The notes under the pieces: generated by a model
What the model was told of the DNA's origin: nothing
Seen by the model: the letters and a program-made list of their open reading frames with translations, nothing else
Databases searched by the model: none
Shown here: positions 23,473-36,400 of the stretch, one piece after another
Position numbering within the stretch: the first letter of the stretch is position 1
Layout: every line of letters begins with the position of its first letter
Position numbers and translations under genes: made by a program
From: Octopus sinensis
Lineage: Eukaryota
Direction of reading: 5' to 3'
Length of the DNA stretch: 64,000 nt
Assembly (NCBI RefSeq): GCF_006345805.1
Contig: NC_043021.1
Span: 9,796,001 to 9,860,000, forward strand

Positions 23473-26400
23473 TATATATATATATATAAAACTGGTTAAT
23501 GTTTTGCACTGCTGTAACCTTTGAAGATTAGCAACTATTTACTGTTGATATTTGTATACTTTGATACTAACAGTATGCTGTCATCATAGTAAGTTACACA
23601 AATTTCCTAACCTCCAAAGAAATTTGAGACAACAAACTCTCCATAAACCTACATTATATATTTGACAAGGATATCTTTTCTCCTCTAAATCTTTCCTTTG
23701 TTTTATGAAAGCCACAAATGGGACTGCTATAGACATCAAGTTTTCATAATTAAAGGACATCAGATAAAACTGACTTCCTTTCATACTATCCTGAAATCAT
23801 CTATATATATATATATATATTAGACTGAATGAGATAACAAATCCAAGGCTGTGAGGAGTTTTCAGGACATTTATAATGAAATAGTCTTAGTCTTACAGCT
23901 GTTTCTGGGATATGGATATATATATATATATATATACGACAGGCTTCTTTCAGCTTCCGTCTACCAAATCCACTCACAAGGCATTGGTTGGCCCGGGGCT
24001 ATAGCAGAAGACACTTGCCCAAGATGCCACGCAGTGGGACTGAACCCGGAACCATGTGGCTGATTAGCAAGCTACTTACCACACAGCCACTCCTGCGCCT
24101 ATATATATATATACAATATTAATGTTAGTTTTTGTTTAGTTATAAGTGACTTTACATTGTCTGAGGGATTACTCCATACTTGTGTAGAATACAAGATATA
24201 TACAATTTAAGTGCTTACTGAATAGGATTTGTTTCATAGTGTTATTATACAATGTTGTGAAACTGACAATGTATTGTATGAGACTTGTTGGAAATACCTG
24301 ATATTACATTCTAACAACTTCAAAAACGTGAAGGCTACATTGTACTTTTAGATATACTGTGCATGAGACAGATAGTTATAATTGGAACACTTTTGATCAT
24401 GGGGAAGTTGTATCAGAGTTGGGCACAGGTTAAGAAGTAAACCAGCCAAATGGTGTCATGGGGTTAACCAACTAATATCGCCCGACGTGGCACTGATTTC
24501 TCTCAGCCTGTTGATGAGGGTAGGTTCAAATCCAAGCTAAGCTAGGTGTCTAAGGTCTTCTTAATCTACACACTCTTCACACATTGACAGTTTCTGAAAA
24601 CTTCTCCTGTGAGATTAATCTTATCCAGTTGTTTAAAACTTCTTTTTAAAGAATAATTCAGTTAGCAGTCAGGGAAAGACTTCCCCCAAACTGCCACGTG
24701 CTTTAAAGATATCAGGAAGGGTGAAGAAGATGAGGATGCATCCAACAGACCATGAATGTATCACAATTACTAATTAATCTTACTATTTGTGAAAACAACA
24801 AAGTGAAAGCCTGCCAATCAATTGCTACCATTAATAGCAGATTATAAGTTGAAGATCAACATTTTTTAAGCATGCGTTTATATATATGTGTGTGTGTGAG
24901 GATGCATGACTTAGTGGTTAGGGCGTTGCACTCACAATCGGGTGATCGTAGTTTCAATTCCTAAACCAGGTGGTGTGTTGTGTTCTTGAGCAAAACACCG
25001 CATCTCATGCTCTGCAGTTGCTTCAACACCTGATGCATGGTACACTGTGCACTTGTACAGGTAATGTCGATTTGATGGAGGGAGTGAGCTAATGTATGGC
25101 ACATACATTTGATTGCTACAAACAAATCATTTGTGCAGGTCATTCGATAAAAGCTGAACACTCATACTTCATCTTCGATGGGACAGTCCATTATATATAT
25201 ATATATATATGTGTGTGTGTATATATGTGTGTGTATATATATGTATATATAAAGATAGAGATATGAGGACCTCGTATTTCGGGCGCTACACTCATGGTCA
25301 CGAGATCATGGGTTCAGTTCCCAGACTGGGTGGTGCGTTGCGAGCACTTCCGACACCTGACGTGGGGCACACTGTGCATCTGTACAGATAATGTCACTTT
25401 GATGGAGGGAGGGAGCTTATGTACGTACAGCACAAATGTTTGATCACCCTAAACAAATCATCTGTGCAGATTGTTCAGCAAAAATTGTAGAACCCCCATC
25501 TGTTGTCTACAACGGGTGAGTCCATGATGATATATATATATAATCAATAGTATTAAATTATATAGAATACTTGTATAATGATTTATATTTTAGCAATAAA
25601 ATATTGTCAGCATAACAAGAAAATAGAGTAAAGGCTTCATAGGAAATAAGAAATAAAAATATGAACAATAATGATTAAATATTAATATATATTAGTATAC
25701 TAATAAATACAAATGTATATCGGTATACTAATAATGATAAATTTACATTAGTATATTTGTACATACCAGCATACAGTATGTAGATAAATACCAATTTGCA
25801 TGAGTATACCGCAAAAAAAAACAATCATATACTAATATACTAGTAACCAGAAATATTCATATAGTATGGTGATAAAATTAAATACGTCAAATCAAAAGGA
25901 AAATGTGTGTGTATATCTCCACCGCCTGTGTGTGTGTGTGTGTGTGTGTGTGTATACCCATGCTAGCATGGAACATGGATATTAAACGATGATGATGATA
26001 CACACATATATACACATTTGCATTCACACACCTACACACAGAGTTTCATGAGTGTATTTAAAGAAACAATGAGTGACATTAGTATATATAGAGGTAAATA
26101 CAACACATGCCTACATGAATATATATGTATATAATGTAGGTGTGTATGTGTATATACATACATATATATATATATTGATCAACTACTTGATTTCTTTTGT
26201 ATTGGTCTGTATTGGAATAAAATGGCCATAATTAGATGAACTGACTCAAATACCATCACTCCTCACTTGCCCTAGGAACAAACTCAATTTAAGTGTGTAT
26301 GTATGTATATATATACATACATTTGTGTGTGCATATGTGCATGTGTATGTACCTACATTACATATATATATATAAGAAAAAAGGAAATAAACAATTATCT

Positions 26401-27155
26401 TATGAATGTCATTGGTTTACAGTTGTTTCTGCTACAAAATACAGTGGAGGGCTCATCAGAGTTGAGTGCTTGAGTAACACCTTATAGCTTCATCAGAGCT
26501 CCGAATATGAAGTTCATAAGATAATCGTTTATCCCTTTGTCATCTCATTTTCCTATTACCGCTCTGTATTCAACTAATGCTTCGTTCAGAGGCACACATG
26601 TATTGAGTTCTACACCAGGTTACTAGTATCACCATGCCTAAACAATATATATATATATATATATGAATTTACATGCACAGACACACAAGTATAAAAGAAT
26701 TGTGGCGAGAAAGAAGTAATATTAATAAATGCATCTCTTCTTATCACATGTTTGGTAGTTCAAAATGTGATTGTATTATATACGTGGTTTGTTCTTAAAT
26801 GATGTTTGACATGTTAGTGTCTACATGTTCGTGTTTGAGATTTGTCTGCCATCATTATCATCAGTCATATCATAGCAGTGAAATGAAAGAATTAGTAGAA
26901 TCAAGAAAAAAAAAAAGAAAGAAAAAAAAGTAAATAAAATGGAAGGAAGACCATGGTTAAAAGATTAAAAAAAAAAAGACGCATTGGAACATGTCCCAGT
27001 GATATTACTGGTATTAGAAACAATAGACAGTAAAGTGAACTGATCTTGAAAACATGTCGTTGTTACATAGAACGTCCCGAGTCGTCCCTGCTGTTGCAAT
27101 ACGTAATATATTGCTACCACTGTACACATATCTCTCCTGCCGAGAGAACTGTTTT

Positions 27156-27250
27156 TCAAAGGTTGAAGTTTTCATGACAATTACTGACAAGGAAACGGAG
27201 GGCTGTTTGGAGCTCAAGGCCATTCATTAACGGCTCATTCCGGAATGGTT
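27156..27250 (-). CDS. DUF3715 gene last coding exon (EPFRNEPLMNGLELQTALRFLVSNCHENFNL*)
   Basis: ttctgcag acceptor after a pyrimidine tract; phase 1; TGA at 27158-27156. Confidence 0.72.
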
Positions 27251-27920
27251 CTGCAGAAGAAGAATTGAAAAATAAAGTCAATTAATAAATAAACAAAGAG
27301 ACAAGTAAACAAAATTTAATTGGCTTTGGGTAAAAGAAAATACAGGAGGATCAGTTAATTATGATTTTATTTAACATATTCCCATCTTAGATTCACGGTA
27401 CCCTTTAAGCCTGACACTTTTCGGCACCCCCTCATATATACATATATAAATAGATGTGTGTATTTTTCCCTTGTTAATTAACAGGGAAAAAATAGATAAA
27501 TAGTTACCAGGGTAGCAAAAAAATCACACAAGTAAAGAGGTTGTAACTCCTTGTTTTTAAAGGTAGAAAGAGGTTGTAACTCCTTGTTTTCAAAGGTAGA
27601 AACTTCAGGTTTACATGAAATTTTTTGTATAATATATAAATAAATAAATGGAGTTTTGTCGGAAGTAAAAGTATTTGAATTACACCTGTGTTAAACTCTA
27701 TTTATTTATATAAATATAAAAAGTTAATCCAAACAAGAAAGTACAAAAAAACACAACAACGCGAGGACGTGGAACAAATATAGTATTATTGGACGCTCAG
27801 GAAAGAAGGAAAGGAGGGTTTAATGTTTCAAGCCGAGTTCTTCGTTGGAAACATAGGAAAAGGAAAGATCCAGAGAAGGGAAGACAAAGGAAAAAAAATC
27901 GCCAACGGTACGCATGCGGT

Positions 27921-27975
<55 letters not shown>

Positions 27976-30410
27976 TAGGGTCAACATATTCCCCTCTCAG
28001 ATTCACACATTTATATCAGTGGTCCTTCAGTTTTTCTAAGCCCTGTAAAAGAACTCGGAAGGTTGGGCCTCCAACCAAGCCCTTCACAGTACCCTTAAAG
28101 CCAGGAGCTTTTCAGCACCCTCTTGTATATACACACAACCGACTTTAGTTTCCACTGATTTTGAGGGAGATTTGGTGGATGGAAACTCCATCATATGTAT
28201 ATGGAAAGTACTTGCGCCTCCTTAGATAGTTAGGAAGGCAAATCTTTGGGCCTGAGGCTTTAGTAGAAGACATTTGCCCAAGATGCAGCATCATGGGACT
28301 GGACCTGAAACCACATGGTTAGGAAGTGAACTTCTAACCCACGTGGCCACACCTGTGCCTATAAAGTGAAAAGCTGCCTGTGGGATTAGAACCCACAACC
28401 AAGGCAATTTGGTTTGTATTATGGAATCCTACACTGAGGCAAAATTTTCAGTAATGCAATGCTTTTGTAATATGAGCTGTGCCTGAAAGGGTTTTGTGTT
28501 TGCTCCAGCTGGCCTGGCCAACAACAACAGCAACAATCTTCAGGTTTCATTTCTTACTTCACAGAGGAAAGTGTAAGGATGACTATCCAGCCTATCAGCT
28601 AGCAATATGAATAATTACCTAGATATACTATGTCTGAATAAAAACAGAAAGACATGATGGTCATGGTTGGAACACTTTTGATCATAAGTCTGCTAGATCA
28701 AAGCTAAACTAAGGCTAAACAACAATTATAAGTCAAACCAAGTTACTTGGGTTATTATGAATGGTGACTTGATCAGGTGCAAGTGTGGCTGTGTGGTAAG
28801 AAGTTTGCTTCCCAACCACATGGTTCCGGGTTCAGTCCCACTGCATGGCATCTTGGAAAGTGTCTTCTACTGTAGCCTTGAGCCATCCAAAACCCTGTGA
28901 TTGGATTTGGTAGATGGAAACTGAAAGAAGCCCATTGTATATATGTGTGTGTGTGTGTATGGAACATTGCTATTGAGAGAAACAGTGACTATGTTGAGAA
29001 GTAGGGATGTGATCCACAGAGGACCAGCTTCATTTTGATGTATGAGGGGTCTTGAGCCTCAAAAAAAAAAAAAACATAGTACAAGACTTCTGATGATTTA
29101 TTTTTCGACATAGTCCCCCTTGATGGCTGATGACTTCCTCCAGCAGTGCTGAAGCACCATTATCCCAGCGTAGAGGAACTCCTTTGTTTGAAACTCCAAG
29201 AAACTTCCTACAGCACCTATGATGTCATTGTCACTGGCAAAACGGGGTCAATCTAATCAACTTACCCACCACTCCCGAACTTCCTGGCTTTGTGCCGAAA
29301 TTGGAGACCAATATTTATGCAATTGTATGCTCAGGTATGCATGTAGGATGAAAAGGGGAGATGAAATGAGGAAATGAAATAGTAAAGGATACAAACCTGA
29401 GCTGGTCATGCCCATAGAAAGCTGGCTGTTTGGAACTAAGGGAGGTGGAGGGAGAGCATTGCAGTCTTTGTTTTCCTTGAAAATTAAAAGAAATTAATCA
29501 ATTAATTAACCTAAATAGCTATACAGGGTGTTTTAGTTTTAGACAAAAAGTTAACCATAAGGGAAAAGGAGTAGTGTACATTAAATAAATCAACTCTTAA
29601 AATCAACTTCTTATAATGTTTCAAATGTTAATTAACTAACTTTTATAATGTTTTATAATAAACTAACGTTTATAATCTGTTGTGTCTGAGGAGAGACATT
29701 TTCTTTTTGTGCCTTATAATAAGTGGAAATTTTACCGGTGAGTGTGTTACATTATAAGGCACAAAAAGAAACTGACTCCCCCCAGACACAACAGAATATG
29801 CTTCAACACTTGAACTCATATAAAGAATCTTGCAAACAAAATCCAAAAACGAAATAACGTTTATAATGTTAATTAACTAACTTTTTCAGTGACATGTATG
29901 GCTGTGTACTTAAGAAGTTGGTTTGCTAACCATGAGGTTTTGAGTTTAGTCCCACTACACAACATCTTGGGCAAATGTCTTCTACTACACTTTGTGGTTG
30001 ACTAAGAGTTTGTGACTGGAATTAGTAGATGGAGAACGAAAAAGTCCTCTGTATATGTGTAGTAGTAGGAGAATAAAAAAAGTCCCTTGTGTATGTGTGG
30101 TAGATGAAGAATAAAAAAAGTTACTTGTGTATGTGTGCCTGTGTGTGAAGGTGTGTAGCCTAATGGTTAGCATGTTGCAGTTATGATTGCAAGATCGTGG
30201 TTTCAATTCCTGGACAAGGCAGTGTGTTTGTGTTCTTCATTTCAGTTTTAAATGCGCTTCCCTGTGAAGGGCTGGCCTCCTGTTTTATGTGAATGCCATG
30301 ATTTCAGTCACCTAACCAGTGAGGTAGCATCTTTCAAAAATCTACAACAATGTGAAGAAGCACATTGTGACCAGCTGTGTATAACAACATCAGATAGTCT
30401 GGTTGATAAT

Positions 30411-30459
<49 letters not shown>

Positions 30460-33400
30460 GTAAATCTTATAAGCAAATGAAAGACGTGTAATGGTGAATA
30501 AATAATACAAAAAAAATTCCCAGTTTCTCGTTTTGTTATACAATAACTCTGCAAATAATATTTCCATAATTCTCCATTTTAATATGTATTTTGAACTAAT
30601 GCACAGCAGCAACTGAGACTACATATTGGATAGTAATAATAGAATAATTAGCTGTGCTTCAAGAGGAAACAGCTGGAATTTATCCTAACTAGCGACACTA
30701 TATATATAATATACACACACCCATACAAACACACACACATATATGCATACACATACATATGTGCATACATATACATACATACAAATATACGTACATATAC
30801 ATGTATATATATATATACACATATATATATACATACACATACACACATATATGTAAACACACACAGACACATATGTGCATACATATACATACAAATATAC
30901 GTACATATACACACATATATACATATATGTAAATACACACAGACACATATACACACACATACATACACATATATAAATATACAATAAGACATGAAATAAA
31001 TAACCCTTAGTAATACGCAATTGTTTTACAGGTTGCCCTAAAGCTGCTATCTGGTGAACATATCCAAGAATTCTTGGAAAAGAATTAGAATAAAATTGTT
31101 GGAAAAATATGCTTACAAGAATATTTTTAACAGTGCTTCTATGTCCCTGGATGGCTTTGAGACTCTTGACAACGAATTCCTTATCTATATCTTTAATCAC
31201 ATCAGGATTTGCATTCATGTAGTCCAAGCAGCATTGATATTTTCTACAGGCTTTCTCGATGAGTCGCAAACGCTTTCTGTTTAGGAGACCAGTGAAATTT
31301 TCCAGAACACACTTGCGGCGCTCATGCAGGTTTATTTTGGTTGCCTGTAACGTTTGGAATTTCGGAGCATCATTGTTCTTCTGAGCGAGTTGCACCTCGC
31401 AGTTAATGTGATCGAGCACTTCTCGTAAAGTTACCAAACGCTCGACTGATTTGGTAGGAATCTTTCGCATAAGAATAAGGAAACAGCCTTCTGATGAGTA
31501 CAGACTGTCTTTTTCTTCAGCCAGGAGAAGACTAAGGGGAATCTTCTGGTGTGGAATTCCAATGCCATTCTTTTCCGCTGCTGACAACATGTTGGCTCGA
31601 ACTTTATGCACGGCACGTCTGACCTCAGGGTCTGTAATATTAGTATCCTCTTGCATCTCTACGTTGTTTGTGCTGTTGCTGTCATCATCTGAATCTTCTT
31701 GTGCCTCAGAAGAGGACAGTGAGTTATGGAGTCCCTCCTCCTCTGGTCGACGTTTCAACCATATGTTTTGCAAGAACTCTATGGAGTCAGACATAGACTT
31801 CAAAGAACTACAGATAGGAATACTGTCTAAATTAAAAGCTGCTGATTCGGAAGAAGAAGAAGGTGGCGGCATAGGTATTTTGGGAAACAAATTTGTTGGT
31901 TCGTTACCATTATTATTAATTGTTGGTGCCTGTTTCAATGCTTGCAACTGACTTTGAATTTTCTTTCGAATCTTTTTTCTTCTTGTTTTTGACATTGTAT
32001 CGAATCGTGTGTCTAATGATACACCGAGGGTTTTCTTAATAATATTGTATTCAGAACAGCCTTGTTCGACAAACATCTGAACATATTCATCTATAGTATC
32101 AAAGGAGCTGCATTTCTTCTCCTCTTCTTCTTCCAGAGGTTCTTTCAACTGCTTGGCAGTTTGTTCCAACAGTTCTTCATAGCTTATATCTTTAACCTCC
32201 GCCTTAAGCTTTTTCTTCTTGCTGTTAGAGAAAGGAATCGAACCATCTTCTAACCAAGAGGATGCATCACCAGGGAACGGTTGTTTCCCTCTGTAAGCTC
32301 TCCCACCCAGTTCTGATTTAGGATCCTTAGTTGACAGCCTGTCAAAAACGCTTTTACCATGTTTAGGAAACCGTTGCATTGGGCCTTCCATTTCATTTGG
32401 AATCCAAGCATTAAATTGATTAAATTTGGTAACATTGCCAACCATATTATCGTTATCACAGTTAAAGGGGTCTCCTTTATCAGAGCAGTAACCACTACTG
32501 TTGCCAGGGAAGAAATTTTCTGATTGGTTATATTGGAAACCTTTATCATAGAAGTAGTCATCAGTTTTCTCATATAGGAATCCATCAATTTTATCCTGGC
32601 AGTAGTCATCTGGATTATGGGATGGTTCGTGTTTCTTGAATGAACGACGTCGCGTTCTCTTAAAAGGATATTTATTTGACTTCCCGCGAGGATAATTTTC
32701 AGATTTTCCTCTGGGAAACTTTTTATGCTCCTCATTATAATAACCATCAGATTCCATTTCGTAGTTTTTAGAATCTTCTGGCAAGCAATTACCCATTTTA
32801 TTCGGAGGGAATGGTGCAAACTTGCCCCCATGCGGATAATGACCACGTTTTCCATGGTAGTTCTTAGGTTTCCCTCGCTTATTGCCATCGGATCGACCAC
32901 AAGAATAATTTTCCATTTGGTTATGTGGAATATCCTCAGGCATATTGTATGGGAAGCTATCATCATGTTCTGGTGGATAATTATCCATCTGATTCATTGA
33001 ATAACCTTCAGGTTGAGGGAAAGGACAGTCTTCCATTCTGTTGTGTGGAAATGGCTCAGCTCTTTTTAAAGGAAAACAGTTACGCGAGAAACCTTCAGGT
33101 TGTTCAATTGAATAATTATCCATACAAGCATGTCGATATCCATCAGGCTTATTTTCCATATCCCATGGCATATCTCTTGGTGGTCTGCCAGGATTAGACT
33201 CATAGAACCTCTCATCGTTTGGATGGTCCCTTTTATCATGCCACCATCGCTCCCTTGGGTAGTTATCAAGTGATTCCGACCGTCTCAAAGGCTCAAAACT
33301 TTCTTTTGCATTCATATCACAATCATCATCCTCATCAAGTAGTTCTCCTTCTTCTAGCTCTGAGTCACAATTCTGTTCATTCTTCTCATCATCACCATCA

Positions 33401-36400
33401 TCTTTTCCTTCTACTTCTTCTTCTTTCTTTGAAGACTTCTTTGACTTACTGCCACTGTTTGTTCGAGCTACATTGGGCACGTCAGTCTTTTCGCTGCCCT
33501 TCTGTTTATAATTAATCACTATAGGAGGAGCATCACTGCTTCGACCAGCTTTCTCTTCTGCCTCTGTCTTCACAGGTTTCCAAAGATTCTCGGCCCATTT
33601 TTTCTCAGAGGATTTATGATGCTTTGATCGGCTAGAACTTTTTTCCCCAGATGATCTTTTGCTGCCTGACTTCTGCTGTTCTTTCTTGGCCCACGCAGCT
33701 CTCTCTTTGTCGGACATAGCAGACGTCTTTCCCGCAGGCAGATCTCCACTGCTTTCAGAAGGCTGTGATGCCAGTTCCTTCTTGATTTTTTTCACCGATT
33801 CCAACAGTGCTTGGAGATCAGATTTATGCTGCTTCCGTTTTGAAAACTGCTTTGCTAGTTCTTTGAGGAGTTTCCTGTTAGATTCCGGCAAAGAAGCTTC
33901 TTTTAGCTTTCTTGAATTAATAGTAGATATCTGAACAGACTTTGGAATCGGATGCGACGAGTCATCATGCTTGCTTCGTTTAGACTGTTTACTTTTTGAG
34001 GAATTGGATGATTTGCTCCTTTCTTTACTGCTTCGTCTTTTCTTGGCGCCCATATATGATAAAAGTTTGGATACTTCGTTATTAATATCATCTGATGCTG
34101 CATTATCAGAGAGCAGATCCACATCCTGCGAGGCATTAAGACCTTCAGTTGCAGACGTGTGATCATCAGTACTCTGTTTTGAGGTGTCGGAAATTGTACC
34201 AGCAGCTGCATCATTCTCATTATCACAATCATTACTGTCTACTGAACTCAGTTCTTTTCTAGAGGCTTTACTATACGCTGGTATAGCAATCTCGGGCATT
34301 GCATTGCTGTTAAAGGAGTCTGGTATCATTGAAGGTAAAAACAGCTCGTTTGAGGAAGATTTTTTCATTTTCGCATTCTCGGCCTTTTCAGCCAAACCAT
34401 CTTTTGAAGATTCCGAAGATTGAGAATGATCAAGACATGATAAAGAGGAAAGCTCCAAAGTTTTATCAGTTGGACTATAACAAGAAGACCTGCTTAATTC
34501 ACATTTTTCTTTCTCCCGATCTTTAGTAGACTGCAATTCTGAAATTTCCAAATTTGCATTTTCAGAGTCATTGGAAGCATCTGGTTTCGAATTTCTATCT
34601 GTCTCTTTGGAAAGAGTTTCTAATTCTGAGCTACTTGCAGTCACAGCTTTTTTAGCAGGATCTGATGATGATGTTGATGGTGAAGATAATGATGATGTTG
34701 ATGATTGAGCAACATTTACAGATGACATCTGGCTTTTGGGATTGATTTTGTCAGCAAACCAATCAACTAAATCATTTTGTCTTGGGACCATTAGAGGGTT
34801 AATGGGTCTGTTCAGTAAGAGTGGATTTGTTGCAGTTAAACCTGAGCCAGGAAATCCAACAGGGAATGGCATACTCTTGCTCAATAGCGACTGAGACATG
34901 CTGAGTGCGGGAGACCAGAGAAGCTGCTGTGAATGGAGGGAAGTAGCCAAATGTGAGGTTGAGGGAGGAATTGACCAGTCAATGTTTTTCAATGGGTTTG
35001 AAGATACCAAAAATGGTGACGGTGTGGGAAGCCAGTTTGGTGGAGGAAAGAGTTTCAAAGAAGAGAAAGCAGTGGGTGATTGAGATCTAGCTCTTTTCAC
35101 TGATGTTCGTTTCTTTGCTGGTCTAAGGACTGGTATAGCCTGACCTGACATACATTCATCTATTTGGTCGTCACCATCGTTACCAGCGTTCGTCATACTG
35201 TTCATTTCATCAGTTGTCTGGTGAGTTGTACTGTGCATATCAGTTACCGTTTGGTTTTTCTTATTTGCTACATTTGAATCAGCAGTGGTTTTGTTGAAAT
35301 CTTCTTTTCCTCCTCCTTGAATCTTCAACACAGTTTCAGTGAAATGCTTCCCCCTCTCCTCCTCAACCCCACACTTGGACTCCACAGCTGACTCACTCTT
35401 TTTTCCATTGCTGTCAGCTTGCCCTTTATTGTTCGTATCACAATTTGGGCTGACCGGTGAGTTGCTGTCCTTACTTCCTTTCACAACTTTGCGCAGCATG
35501 TCCATCATTTCATCCGATATGTTCAACGACACAGCTTTCGCTTGGCTCAATGTTGTCAGACTCTTCATCCAAATATGAGAAGTGTCGTTTGACGAGTCTT
35601 CGTGTCCTTTGTACTCATAGGCACTAAACAGTTTGCCAGGATCAGAAGACGATGCTTTTTCCGAACCTTCATCTTTCGCTTCTGATGGAGAAACTGATCC
35701 AAAATCTTCATTTAAGGACTGGAAAAGGTTTTTGGCTTTTTCATGAGATTTTTGTTGGTGAGACAAGTTTTTCTTATCTGACTCACTCTTACTGGCTTTA
35801 CCACTATGCATAGAAGGCAGTTTCCAACTTGTTGCATCACAACTGTCATCATCATCATCATCATCATCATAGCTGTCAAGAGATTTTAACATCTCTTTAA
35901 TTGGGGAAAGCCGATGATCATTATTATCTGAATGTGTACCGCTAGCACTTTCATCAATATACAAAGGCTTCGTAAGGTCTTCGTTGGAATTATCACTATC
36001 GTCACTATCCGCATTCATGCAGTGTCCGGGTGAGAATGCTCTCATGCTACTGTTTCTTTCTGAATTCAATTTGCCCTCACTGCCAGGTTTCTGCTTTGAG
36101 ACCAAAAGCTTCGAGTCTTCCTCTGACACTGAGTTTGTGTCATCAGATACAGATTTTCGTGGCAACATCTCTCTGTAGAATCCCCAGGTTTTATGATCAT
36201 TTCCAGGTTCGTTTTGTGGAACAGACTTCACTTTGGCTGGTTCTTCATTTCTCTCTGGTGAAACTGGAGAATACATTTCCCCTTTCTCAAGTGAAATAGA
36301 AGTTGAGGGCTTGAAGCCCTTAATTATTTCTTTAGAAAATTTGGCATAATCTGGGATGTTATCTTTAGAATGTGGCTTTTCTTCAAAAGAAAGTTTGGGA

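Noticed and set aside
27533-27602. 33-bp tandem duplication
   Set aside because: Simple local duplication with no further structure
28380-28490. Alternative penultimate exon AQLILQKHCITENFAS (minus)
   Set aside because: Weak donor and wrong phase for the final exon; 29475-29397 fits both phases
30685-31116. C-terminal part of the 2536-aa ORF (VSIFFQQ...YIYICVCMCV...)
   Set aside because: Read-through past a strong GTAAGC donor into a CA/TA microsatellite; downstream exons at 29475 and 27250 fit the phase
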